Source: a virus. Taken from it: DNA of 64,000 nucleotides. The first letter of the stretch is position 1; each line of letters opens with the position of its first letter. Position numbers and translations under genes: made by a program. The notes beneath the pieces were generated by a model. The model worked only from the letters and a program-made list of their open reading frames with translations. It was not told the origin of the DNA and did not search any database. Positions 9,305 through 18,085 of this stretch are shown piece by piece. Location: IMG/VR virus record IMGVR_UViG_3300020438_004435, one strand, 5' to 3'.

Positions 9305-9515
9305 CCAACCACCACCGGGCTTTAACGACTTGCCCTATTAATGCCGTTGGGTCAGGGTGCCTAAGCCGCCATCGCCATTTCAACTTGTTCGCCAGTTACG
9401 CGTCGACCTTCCTATACCCTTATCATTGTGTCAAATCCAGTCACCCCCATGAAGTTAAATAATTTAGTGGAGGTGGAGGGTATCGAACCCTCGTCCATCA
9501 ATGCAGCTAATATAA
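9305..9515 (-). ncRNA. ssrA: circularly permuted (two-piece) tmRNA; tag (A)GEQVEMAMAA
   Basis: T-arm plus 3' acceptor strand GAGGGTTCGATACCCTC-CACCTCCA (9492-9468) lies upstream of the 5' strand GGGGGTGACTGGATTTGAC (from 9448); 7-bp stem with G3.U70; tag ORF 9393-9361 follows GTAACT. Confidence 0.9.
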
Positions 9516-9516
9516 G

Positions 9517-9801
9517 TCAAACAGTCGTTTCCTTATCAAGTATTGATTCTTTAATCTGAACCAACCTTGCACATCTTTCATACGCTTCAATTGAAATATA
9601 ATATTCAATCATCGTATCAATAGTATCTATAGAGTTTGCATTAGATAATAACCAAGAACCTGGTTTAATATCTTCTATCTTTTTTTTGCCATTAAGAAAC
9701 CTAAACGTATTGTTAACAGCTAAATGCAAAAGCTTGTCATCAGTGCTATGTATAGGATCTATATTCATAAACCCGTCAACAACCCTTTGGACAGTGCGCA
9801 A
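9517..9801 (-). CDS. small protein with C-terminal UvrB/UvrC (UVR)-like motif
   Basis: IEYYISIEAYERCARLVQIKE. Confidence 0.65.
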   Translation of the reverse strand: MRTVQRVVDGFMNIDPIHSTDDKLLHLAVNNTFRFLNGKKKIEDIKPGSWLLSNANSIDTIDTMIEYYISIEAYERCARLVQIKESILDKETTV

Positions 9802-9876
9802 CTCTTGGTAACATAAATCTAATAGTAATCATAATATCCTCTCTTATTGTTTATAATAAATAGTATATAATAAGTG

Positions 9877-10341
9877 TTAACTTGGCTTGAGAAATGTATT
9901 TATTTTTTTATGTTCCTTATATATATCATTCATACGTATTTTTTCTTTTGTATAAATTTTATCTATAGCTTCATAATTAAAAATCATATCATTAATAAAT
10001 TTTTTATCATTGATGTATGATTCGGTATCAAAATTATTTAGATCCTTACTTAACTCTATATTTTCTAAGACTATGTCTTTAAGAGATTGAAGCTTGGATC
10101 TAAATTTATCACCCTTTGTACTTTCTATATAATCATTAGATACGTTATCAATGATTCCACTAATAGTATTTCTAATTCTAGCACCCTGAACAGGATCATT
10201 TTCAGCAATACGTTTTAATTCATCTTGTATTTCTAATTGGTTAAGAGTTCGATCAGCTAATTGCTTTAGCTTTTTTCGCTTTTCCTTTTCCACCCACGTT
10301 AGCTTTTTTGCTGACGATGACTGCCGCTTTCTTTTTGCCAT
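9877..10341 (-). CDS. hypothetical coiled-coil protein
   Basis: ORF track. Confidence 0.65.
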   Translation of the reverse strand: MAKRKRQSSSAKKLTWVEKEKRKKLKQLADRTLNQLEIQDELKRIAENDPVQGARIRNTISGIIDNVSNDYIESTKGDKFRSKLQSLKDIVLENIELSKDLNNFDTESYINDKKFINDMIFNYEAIDKIYTKEKIRMNDIYKEHKKINTFLKPS

Positions 10342-10504
10342 TTCTTTTATAGTTTCTGGAAGGTCTTCTAGTCTTAGATAGTGTTAACTTTCTTCTAAGC
10401 TCATCTATAACTTTATCTAATTCACCTTTTCTTTTATTGTTTACATAATTAGCCGATATTATTCCTGCTAATAAACCTAGTACTCCTGCTATTGCATATA
10501 ACAT
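10253..10504 (-). CDS. membrane-anchored protein with basic tail
   Basis: N-terminal TM, short coiled coil, Lys/Arg-rich end. Confidence 0.6.
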   Translation of the reverse strand: MLYAIAGVLGLLAGIISANYVNNKRKGELDKVIDELRRKLTLSKTRRPSRNYKRNGKKKAAVIVSKKANVGGKGKAKKAKAIS

Positions 10505-10527
10505 ATTTTTCCCTTTATTCTTTTTAA

Positions 10528-10583
10528 GTAGAAGGTAGACGATATAAATACGGGATGTAAATTATACCGCCTACCACTTCTAC
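10528..10583 (-). other. long intergenic hairpin
   Basis: GTAGAAG/CTTCTAC, GTAGGCG/CGTCTAC and GTATAA/TTATAT arms on minus strand. Confidence 0.55.
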
Positions 10584-10595
10584 AAAATTATACAA

Positions 10596-10820
10596 TTACT
10601 TCTTAACGAAAAAAGAAGCTAGTAAAACTAATACAATTAACCCTACAAATCCACCATTACCTAATGATGTGATAAGTGCTGTTAAGTTAGCTACTACATC
10701 CATTCCGAAAACTGATCCACCTGTTAAGATGTACCAAAGGATTGTTACTGGAAGAACTGCCATTAAGACTGTTCCTAATCCTGTAAAGAATCCACTTACA
10801 TATTTGATTACATTATCCAT
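10596..10820 (-). CDS. small hydrophobic two-TM protein
   Basis: Almost entirely hydrophobic, 74 aa; GGAG upstream. Confidence 0.75.
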   Translation of the reverse strand: MDNVIKYVSGFFTGLGTVLMAVLPVTILWYILTGGSVFGMDVVANLTALITSLGNGGFVGLIVLVLLASFFVKK

Positions 10821-10874
10821 GTTAAAATCTCCTATATTTTTGTCGTCCTACTTGTTATTGGACACTATTGTCCT

Positions 10875-11386
10875 ATTAACTATGAAGGGTCCCCATTATG
10901 GGATTATTAGAATCGGTATGCCAACCCTAGGTTGAAGCTACCTTCTCGTTCCCCGTTTTCGTCTTCTTTAAGACCCATGCTGTAATTTGGTTCAACATGT
11001 AAACCATTCCACACAGCGAAAGAGTAACCAAGGCCAATTGTTAAATTGTCCATCATCTCTTCGGTTGGCGCTTGAACTGCAACATACATATTTGCATTCC
11101 AATTGTATCTACCCCAAAGATCATAATTAGTATTACCTTCAGCGTCTTCGCCATTCTTTACTAGACCAACAACATAAGTATCACCTATTTTATATCCGAT
11201 ACCCATATTGTCTGTTAAATTTGCAACTTCAAATGATTCGCCTTCCTCTGCAGCATTATAGGTAGTCACTACCATAAAATTTTGAGCTGAAGCAAACATT
11301 GTAGCGCATGCTAATGTTAGTGTTAAAAATAAATTTCTCATATTTTTTCTCTCCTTTATAAATTAAAATTTACCTTCATAGTTAAT
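10875..11386. repeat. 14-bp perfect inverted repeat flanking the omp gene
   Basis: ATTAACTATGAAGG (10875-10888) and CCTTCATAGTTAAT (11373-11386). Confidence 0.65.
10907..11341 (-). CDS. small outer-membrane beta-barrel protein
   Basis: Signal peptide, amphipathic strands (GIGYKIG, IGLGYSF, VEPNY), C-terminal FNLGLAYRF. Confidence 0.8.
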   Translation of the reverse strand: MRNLFLTLTLACATMFASAQNFMVVTTYNAAEEGESFEVANLTDNMGIGYKIGDTYVVGLVKNGEDAEGNTNYDLWGRYNWNANMYVAVQAPTEEMMDNLTIGLGYSFAVWNGLHVEPNYSMGLKEDENGEREGSFNLGLAYRF

Positions 11387-11485
11387 TGTTAATAAAATAT
11401 TCGTGCACCGAATCTTACTGAGTATAATTATAACCCGCAGGTTTTTTATATATTGTCATATAATCTTCTATACACGAACACTTAA

Positions 11486-11692
11486 TTATTGCACCTTGGC
11501 TTTCACCTTTCTAGGTGCCTTATATGCATTCTTTTTAGTCTTATTAGTATTAGTTTTCAGTAGACTGATTACTAAATCTTTATCTAGCATTCTATCTTTT
11601 AATTCACTAATTTTGTTACTAAAATACCAAAAAGAAGCCAGAGCTCCGACAAGGGCTCCGACAACTGCTAATATAATTCCTGTTAATTCCAT
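11486..11692 (-). CDS. membrane-anchored protein with basic tail
   Basis: TM + coiled coil + Lys-rich end; GGAG upstream. Confidence 0.7.
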   Translation of the reverse strand: MELTGIILAVVGALVGALASFWYFSNKISELKDRMLDKDLVISLLKTNTNKTKKNAYKAPRKVKAKVQ

Positions 11693-11700
11693 ATTATCTC

Positions 11701-11976
11701 CTATAATGTACCTAAACTTTTTGCAACCTTATAAGAATGTTTACCTGCCTCTAATACGTCTCCTATCTTACTACATTCAGTAAACGTTAGTGGCACTCTA
11801 ATATCTCCAATCACTAATTCTCCGATTGTAGTATTATTGTATCCATCCTTACCATCTCCTCTCATTCCTTCTTTAATTTCGAAATCGATTTGGTTCCATA
11901 AATTTCCATACTTTTTTTCTCTTGGGTGCGTATGCAATCCCGCTTGGGCAACACTGCCTCTAAACTTCTGATTCAT
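11701..11976 (-). CDS. hypothetical protein
   Basis: ORF track. Confidence 0.65.
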   Translation of the reverse strand: MNQKFRGSVAQAGLHTHPREKKYGNLWNQIDFEIKEGMRGDGKDGYNNTTIGELVIGDIRVPLTFTECSKIGDVLEAGKHSYKVAKSLGTL

Positions 11977-12040
11977 CTTTTTATTATTTATTGATTAATT
12001 ATATATAATATACAAAATTTATTTGTAATATCCTACTGTT

Positions 12041-12379
12041 TTATGATTTATATCTATTACCGCGTCTTTTATTTATACGGTTAATTTTAGCTTCTACCAT
12101 TTCTCCTGTAAATTTATCAGGATGTGTTCGTCTTATATTCCTGGATAATTTAACTCCATACTCAGCAGCATTATACCATGCTTCCCATATAGTCTTAGAT
12201 GGTGGAATCATTAGATCATCACCCAATACTCCTCCTATACCATTTGATACAAAATATCTACCATCTAATTGTCTGCTTGTAGTTGCTCTTGGATATACCT
12301 TTGTAACCTTCTTTTTCAATTTTGTGAATAATTTCCTTTTCTTTTCTGTAGGAAATTCACGTAACTCATTTATATTCAT
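12041..12379 (-). CDS. hypothetical protein
   Basis: ORF track. Confidence 0.65.
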   Translation of the reverse strand: MNINELREFPTEKKRKLFTKLKKKVTKVYPRATTSRQLDGRYFVSNGIGGVLGDDLMIPPSKTIWEAWYNAAEYGVKLSRNIRRTHPDKFTGEMVEAKINRINKRRGNRYKS

Positions 12380-12859
12380 TTATATTATTTTTGGTTCTTT
12401 ACTAAATTCCTTTATGTCTCCTGTTATTAAATCCTCTTCTACCCACTTTCCTATCAATTCGGATTCACTAGCTAAATAGGTAACCCTAGCATATACTAAT
12501 TTATCCAAATTATCTTTTACATTGGTACGAAAATTAACAAGATCATTATCAGTAGGAACAGGACCCATCTGATAACCTATCATATCTTTTTCTTTTAATT
12601 TGAATTGTGCTATAGGATTAATTGTGTAATGATTATACTTCGCTTTCCACTTAGCTTTCTCTGTTCCTTTCTTAGGACCTCTTTTATATAATCTATCTTC
12701 TAAATTTTCTACTTCAGATCTAACCTGGGTTCCACATCTTGTACATAATAATGTTTCTGCTAAGGTTTCTGGTGAGGTGGTTTTGATTGCATGAGCATAT
12801 CCACATCTTGGACATACTTCTAAATCTTGGATTTCATGTGTTTCTGTTTTCATATTCAT
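12380..12859 (-). CDS. zinc-ribbon hypothetical protein
   Basis: CPRCG and CTRCG pairs. Confidence 0.7.
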   Translation of the reverse strand: MNMKTETHEIQDLEVCPRCGYAHAIKTTSPETLAETLLCTRCGTQVRSEVENLEDRLYKRGPKKGTEKAKWKAKYNHYTINPIAQFKLKEKDMIGYQMGPVPTDNDLVNFRTNVKDNLDKLVYARVTYLASESELIGKWVEEDLITGDIKEFSKEPKII

Positions 12860-12865
12860 AACTCC

Positions 12866-13114
12866 TTAATTGCTTATATAATTCTTTACTTCCATTTCTG
12901 TTGGGTAGCCAAGAGTTGTATCACAGCCCTCACAAACCCATCTTATATCAACCTGCGAGGGTGAAAGATTTTTTGGGATCAAACGAATCACTTTAATTTC
13001 GTGTTTACATTTATCTCTTATAACTTTTAGCTCTCGCTCGACATCACGTTTCCTGGTGAGAAGAATCTCAACCTTTCTGTTAGTTGCCATAGGTATATAA
13101 ATAGTGCCTACCAT
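12866..13114 (-). CDS. small putative zinc-binding protein (start uncertain)
   Basis: CKHE...CEGC. Confidence 0.6.
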   Translation of the reverse strand: MVGTIYIPMATNRKVEILLTRKRDVERELKVIRDKCKHEIKVIRLIPKNLSPSQVDIRWVCEGCDTTLGYPTEMEVKNYISN

Positions 13115-13371
13115 TCTTTCAACTTCGTTAATTTAGCACATTTTTCATACTCCTCGGTTGTAATATAATACTCTATAATCTCATCAAGAAGCCTTCTTTT
13201 CTTATATTTTGAACCAGGCCATTCATTCCACATAGTGATATCTTCTAGTATAACTTTATACATCATATTATACCATGAACTACTTAATTCATTTAACTTA
13301 TCTATTAAATCTTGTGCTGTTATATCGTCTGGATTTATATCCATATTTGCTATTTTTAGTTGATTTAACAA
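13108..13371 (-). CDS. small protein with C-terminal UVR-like motif
   Basis: IIEYYITTEEYEKCAKLTKLKE. Confidence 0.65.
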   Translation of the reverse strand: MLNQLKIANMDINPDDITAQDLIDKLNELSSSWYNMMYKVILEDITMWNEWPGSKYKKRRLLDEIIEYYITTEEYEKCAKLTKLKEW

Positions 13372-13421
13372 GAGATCTCTAACTCACACACATATGTAAG
13401 TAGGGAGCCACTGTAACCATA

Positions 13422-13868
13422 TTATACCTGCTTGTTCATATATTCCATTACACTATCCCATCCTGGATATTTTTTAGATCCGAAATGTAACCATTCGCCT
13501 TCAAAATCCTTTTGACCTCTATAAAAGGTATCATCAATAAGATAATCACCCTTTGCTAAATTTTTATGATGACTTAATATTAATCTTCTTTTAGCTTTAG
13601 GAATATACTTTTCAATCCAATTCTTTTTATGTATCCATGCATCAGGATTTCTCCACGGTGGAGTAGATAAAATATATACATCAAACATTTCAAACAATTT
13701 TTCAAATGCATCTATAGCGCCAGGCATAGGATCCAAATTATCAAATATACCAGGCATCATATCATATGTACTTTTACTATACTTATCCTTATCAGGATGC
13801 TTTTGGATGGCTCCATAAAAATCACATAAGACTCCATCCATATCAATGTAACAAATTTTCTTTTTCAT
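13422..13868 (-). CDS. 5'(3')-deoxyribonucleotidase (NT5C, HAD family)
   Basis: YIDMDGVLCDF, ILSTP, K..W, GDYLIDD. Confidence 0.9.
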   Translation of the reverse strand: MKKKICYIDMDGVLCDFYGAIQKHPDKDKYSKSTYDMMPGIFDNLDPMPGAIDAFEKLFEMFDVYILSTPPWRNPDAWIHKKNWIEKYIPKAKRRLILSHHKNLAKGDYLIDDTFYRGQKDFEGEWLHFGSKKYPGWDSVMEYMNKQV

Positions 13869-13875
13869 ATTATTA

Positions 13876-15972
13876 TTATTTAGTTAGAAATAAATTATTT
13901 AATGTCTTTGCTAATGGCACTAATGAAGATACATCAACATTAGCTGATGACTTACCATACATCTTTCTAAATGTACTACCTACCTCATCTCTCTTATATC
14001 CTGAAATGAAATAACTAAGAACCTTAATACCTTTCTTTCTCATTTTATCAATCTCACCTTTCGTATGAGCTGCAGCTTCATCACCTGCATAATAAAATCC
14101 TTTAGGATTACAATAAGGTTCTCCATCAGAGAAATTAATAAAATAACTTTCTCTATCCCCAGAAGCTTTTACTAAATGATTTTGAATAGCTTCGAATGTT
14201 AAACCTTCAGGTGTTAAAGAAGAAGGTGTAATATACTTAAACAAACTTCTAATCTTATTAAATTTATCTACTCTAGAATCATAAGCAATCATCACACAAG
14301 GTATTCCTTCCTTACCTGTTGTTGTTCTATATGATAATTGTATATCTAAATTATCCACCATCGAAGCTGCCTTAGCAATAGCAACCACTGCTGTCTGACT
14401 AGAATACCATTTATCTCCACTCATCGAACCACTAGCATCAATACTAATATGAACATTAGCAGGAGTATATTTATCATTCATTACCTGCTGAAATACTCTC
14501 TCCGCACCATAACCTAATGAAGCGATTAATCTCTTATCAATCTTACCAGAATCTAATCTAGAAAATTTAGTATTTCTTTCTTCACTTCTTAATTTTAATT
14601 TCTTACCGAGCATCGTACCTAATCTAATACCCTTTACTATGGCTTCCGCATTTGCTTCCTTTCTCCATCTATGATATTCATGACTAATCAAAAAATCATA
14701 ACCACCACTATCAATTAACCCTTTTGTTAATTTATTAATAACAATACATTCTGTATCAGGCTTTTTATTTTTACTCACCCATCTATTAAAATACGTGGAT
14801 CCTACCTTTTTAATTTCCGAACCCGACTCTTCTAAAGCCTTCATTTTCTTTTGATCCGTTTTATTCATTTTTGTTTTCTTTATCTCACCACGAATAAAAT
14901 CTTCCTGCTTCTTAATAGCATTAGCTAATTTTCTATTCTGAGGAGGAGACATAGGACCATTACCAACCGAACTTGAACCACCAGACTTCTTAGCTTCTTC
15001 TCCTTCAGCCTTCGAACCATCATCATCACTATCGCCTTCAATAGATCCTTTAGGACTTGAACATCCTAAATTATCACCTTGACAATCCGAATCTTCTCCT
15101 CTATTATCATCATTGGATTCTTCATCCCCTGTATTATCATCTTTCTGAAATAAATCAGGTGCAGGTATATTTTCCTCTACTTCATAAAATATTTCCAATG
15201 CAATCTTAAGAGCATCTTCTGTATTTTTTATCTTACCAATATTTTTAAGATCCATTATTTTCCAAATCTTTCTTAATCCAGGTAATGCATCAAGATCTCT
15301 ATTCTCATTTGTAATATTACAAATTCTAAACATATAAGAATCCCAATCAAGATCTCTCTTCTCCGAAGACATAAGACCTTTATCAATTATCTTAGCATTA
15401 AAATACTTTTCATATAATGCATGATAATAACCTTTATAACCAGGAGCAGACTTAAAAATAAAATTATCAATTCTTCTATCCTCTACTATATTTAATAATG
15501 GCTTAACATGATCTCTAATATATCTAAATGTTTTATCCGTTTGATATTGATGATCATTTCTTAAATGATCAAAATACTTTTTAGCAATATTATTTACCAA
15601 TTCGATTTCATCATTAAGAATATCATCCTTCCTAAGAAAATCCTTTAACACTTGAAAATCTGTTAACTTAATATGAGATCCCTCATGTAAAGCTAAACCA
15701 ACAGCAGCATCAAAATCTTTATCTTTTAATGAAGCAGATATATTAACCGCTTTACCATCCGTATAAGAATCTGAACCACTAAAATATACAGGAACATTTT
15801 TACCTGTAACTATATTAACGAAATTAGCTATTGCTCTTCGATAACCAGCAAGCTTAATTAAATCTTGTGTCTTATCCTTTACCTCTAAACCAGTAAGGAT
15901 ATCTACATTATTATTATCGAATAGGCTATCTCCTAGCCACCATGATGAATTTGAATTGTTATTGTATTGCAT
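13876..15972 (-). CDS. vWA-domain protein (CobT-like partner of MoxR AAA) with N-terminal HExxH region
   Basis: LALHEGSH, NIVEDRRID, acidic linker, MIDAS IDASGSMS...T...SDGEP. Confidence 0.85.
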   Translation of the reverse strand: MQYNNNSNSSWWLGDSLFDNNNVDILTGLEVKDKTQDLIKLAGYRRAIANFVNIVTGKNVPVYFSGSDSYTDGKAVNISASLKDKDFDAAVGLALHEGSHIKLTDFQVLKDFLRKDDILNDEIELVNNIAKKYFDHLRNDHQYQTDKTFRYIRDHVKPLLNIVEDRRIDNFIFKSAPGYKGYYHALYEKYFNAKIIDKGLMSSEKRDLDWDSYMFRICNITNENRDLDALPGLRKIWKIMDLKNIGKIKNTEDALKIALEIFYEVEENIPAPDLFQKDDNTGDEESNDDNRGEDSDCQGDNLGCSSPKGSIEGDSDDDGSKAEGEEAKKSGGSSSVGNGPMSPPQNRKLANAIKKQEDFIRGEIKKTKMNKTDQKKMKALEESGSEIKKVGSTYFNRWVSKNKKPDTECIVINKLTKGLIDSGGYDFLISHEYHRWRKEANAEAIVKGIRLGTMLGKKLKLRSEERNTKFSRLDSGKIDKRLIASLGYGAERVFQQVMNDKYTPANVHISIDASGSMSGDKWYSSQTAVVAIAKAASMVDNLDIQLSYRTTTGKEGIPCVMIAYDSRVDKFNKIRSLFKYITPSSLTPEGLTFEAIQNHLVKASGDRESYFINFSDGEPYCNPKGFYYAGDEAAAHTKGEIDKMRKKGIKVLSYFISGYKRDEVGSTFRKMYGKSSANVDVSSLVPLAKTLNNLFLTK

Positions 15973-16008
15973 ATAATTTATTGTTTTATTATCTCTCTTT
16001 ATCTATGA

Positions 16009-16064
16009 TAAAGATACGAAGAATAAATGAGATAACCTACTGAAATCATAAAAAGTTATGAACA
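16009..16064 (-). promoter_or_regulatory. promoter (TATCTTTA -7 box) with upstream AAGTTATGAACA box
   Basis: Repeated module also at 16116-16180, 23356-23421 and 23882-23958. Confidence 0.6.
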
Positions 16065-16115
16065 ATTTACATTTAATATAGCTATCGCTTTTAATCATCT
16101 CTCATCTTTATAATA

Positions 16116-16180
16116 TAAAGATACGAAAAATAATTGACATATACACGCTTTTTGGCATTTATTTTTATAAGTTATGAACA
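16116..16180 (-). promoter_or_regulatory. second promoter plus AAGTTATGAACA box
   Basis: TAATATAAAGATACGAAAAATA...GGCATTTATTTT..AAGTTATGAACA is shared with 23877-23958. Confidence 0.55.
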
Positions 16181-16186
16181 AAAATA

Positions 16187-16330
16187 AAAAAAAGGCTCTC
16201 GGTCGATTATCAGTTGGATATATAAGTGAGCAACTATAATCTTAACACTCTACACCACGTGAAGGTGGCCTTTATTCGTAAAGCTATGGAAGTATAGAGG
16301 AACCCATTGACTTCCATATAACGTAACTAT
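16187..16330 (-). ncRNA. candidate structured ncRNA of unknown family
   Basis: Own promoter (16338-16368), several perfect stems, possible pseudoknot, ends in a U-tract. Confidence 0.5.
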
Positions 16331-16337
16331 ATTATAT

Positions 16338-16368
16338 ATAATATACAAAAAATATATTTAATAACCAA
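16338..16368 (-). promoter_or_regulatory. Bacteroidota-type promoter
   Basis: TTGG-N19-TATATTAT. Confidence 0.55.
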
Positions 16369-16392
16369 ATGTTTCTTCATTTATTTTATTGA

Positions 16393-16554
16393 TTACCATT
16401 GTCTTGGTTTATCCGGACATTTAGCTCCTGGAACCTTTGTTTTAACTATCATAAAACATTTACATATACTACACTGTCTGGTTATCTTCCAGAAGTTAGA
16501 ACATGCCTTACATATTGCCATTCGCTTACTTGGATCCTTTTCTATGTGTTCCAC
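16393..16554 (-). CDS. small Cys-rich (zinc-binding) phage protein
   Basis: Hand-translated (GTG start; alternative ATG at 16521): ...RMAICKACSNFWKITRQCSICKCFMIVKTKVPGAKCPDKPRQW*. Confidence 0.7.
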   Translation of the reverse strand: MEHIEKDPSKRMAICKACSNFWKITRQCSICKCFMIVKTKVPGAKCPDKPRQW

Positions 16555-16741
16555 TTTTCTTTCCCTTATTGTCCTTAACTATTTGATATGCTGCATCCAT
16601 TCTATCACATACTTCCATCCATTTATATTTATCTTGTGTTGATAGGCTTTTAGATACTCTCATCACCTCATCATAGATGCCTTCATCATATGCCTGATAT
16701 AATATATCTTCGACATTGCTCATCGCTAATAACTCTTCCAA
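16526..16741 (-). CDS. hypothetical protein
   Basis: ORF track. Confidence 0.65.
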   Translation of the reverse strand: MEELLAMSNVEDILYQAYDEGIYDEVMRVSKSLSTQDKYKWMEVCDRMDAAYQIVKDNKGKKSGTHRKGSK

Positions 16742-17028
16742 TTGCTGTCGTTCAATAAACCTTCAAGGCGGGTAATTTTATCTCCTTGGTTTCTTATTAT
16801 ATTTTGTAAGTTTTTCATCTGCGTATTATTATCCAAATGTGTTTTGTTAATCTTTACATGAATAAGTTCATCAGCATCATCTAGATGTTTAGATTCCCTT
16901 TCAATGGCATCATCAAGATCCATTAATTTAATATCTAGATAGTCTAATCTTTTATTTAATTTATGATTGTCATATATCATATAACCTAATACCATAATTG
17001 CTACTGTTGATGTAATTGTTGTAACCAT
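16726..17028 (-). CDS. membrane-anchored coiled-coil protein
   Basis: N-terminal TM, heptads. Confidence 0.65.
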   Translation of the reverse strand: MVTTITSTVAIMVLGYMIYDNHKLNKRLDYLDIKLMDLDDAIERESKHLDDADELIHVKINKTHLDNNTQMKNLQNIIRNQGDKITRLEGLLNDSNWKSY

Positions 17029-17185
17029 AATTTACCCTTTGTTAATAATTTAGTAATAAACTCTTCATATATAATTATATACTTTGAGCATTATTTATGT
17101 TATTTATTTTCATGAAATCAAAGATAGACATTAGCCCCTTCATATATATTATATTAATGATAACGGTATTTGCATTAGGCGTTAA

Positions 17186-17710
17186 TTAGGAATTAATATA
17201 TAACTTTGCATCAGTATATCTATACGCTTCAGTACCTACTGATTCTAGAAAATCTATCTTATTCCTAAATCTTTTATTCATAGCATCTCTAACAATATAG
17301 TATCCAGTCTTATGTCCAGCTTCTACATAAACGGTATCTCCATATCGAATAGGACCATCATTGAACCATAATAGATCCTGACTTACTGCTATCCAATTAA
17401 GATGGCTGCAACTATCAATATTAGGTATCTTAGTTTGATCAGCTGTAATATCTGGAGTATCATCACATTGGCCTATTACGGGATGATACATGGTTGCGAA
17501 TACCTCAATTTTATTTATATCATTAATAATCATAATAGTATCATCTGGTACTATGGTATCCACTGGGCATATAGTATCATTCATTTGAATAGGCTCATTT
17601 ACTTTATCATTACGATCTTCATCTAAGGATTTATTTAATCCTATAATTGCACCTATAAGGCATGTGGATGCTATCATCCAAAATGCTACTCTTAAATATT
17701 CTTTTTTCAT
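17186..17710 (-). CDS. 3D (MltA-like) domain cell-wall protein
   Basis: ATMYHP..CD..P.ITAD, WIAVSQDLL, YGDTVYV, VRD...IDFL; N-terminal TM. Confidence 0.75.
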   Translation of the reverse strand: MKKEYLRVAFWMIASTCLIGAIIGLNKSLDEDRNDKVNEPIQMNDTICPVDTIVPDDTIMIINDINKIEVFATMYHPVIGQCDDTPDITADQTKIPNIDSCSHLNWIAVSQDLLWFNDGPIRYGDTVYVEAGHKTGYYIVRDAMNKRFRNKIDFLESVGTEAYRYTDAKLYINS

Positions 17711-17973
17711 TTTATTATTTTTAATTGTTTATTCAGAAATGTTATTATCTTATTTATTAAATACTTATTTTCTATTCCAGCACCTGTATTCATATCCGTT
17801 ACGATTGTTATATTTTCATGTGCTTCAAAAATAGTAACCATATAGTTTACATCGATGCCATCAGCATCCTCAAGAAGTATTTGATATCGTCTAATTAGGC
17901 CATCATTTGTTACTTGTGAACTCTTCAAATAAAAAGCTGCACCTCTATATTGTCTTTTATGCATTTCCTCCAT
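17707..17973 (-). CDS. hypothetical protein
   Basis: ORF track. Confidence 0.6.
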   Translation of the reverse strand: MEEMHKRQYRGAAFYLKSSQVTNDGLIRRYQILLEDADGIDVNYMVTIFEAHENITIVTDMNTGAGIENKYLINKIITFLNKQLKIIK

Positions 17974-17974
17974 A

Positions 17975-18085
17975 TTAATAATATCTTCTTCTTTCTTTAC
18001 TCTTACTTAATTGATCTAATAGTTGTTGGCATACCTCTTGGGTTATCTTACCATCATAATATAACTGATGTATTAATCTATTCAT
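17975..18085 (-). CDS. small protein (36 aa)
   Basis: Hand-translated MNRLIHQLYYDGKITQEVCQQLLDQLSKSKERRRYY*; fills the gap with coupled junctions. Confidence 0.55.
   Translation of the reverse strand: MNRLIHQLYYDGKITQEVCQQLLDQLSKSKERRRYY

Noticed and set aside
9285-9383. N-terminal 33-aa extension of ORF 8397..9383
   Set aside because: TTG start lies inside the tmRNA tag region; the ATG at 9284 is the plausible start
9465-9496. Stand-alone tRNA-Ala
   Set aside because: No anticodon arm; the D-loop half lies downstream and is followed by a tag ORF, so it is tmRNA. No other tRNA T-loop signatures were noticed by eye
16195-16260. Hammerhead, pistol or twister ribozyme match (CUGAUAA; UUAAGAUUAUAGUUGCU)
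   Set aside because: Only fragments of the consensus; required core elements and stems could not be placed
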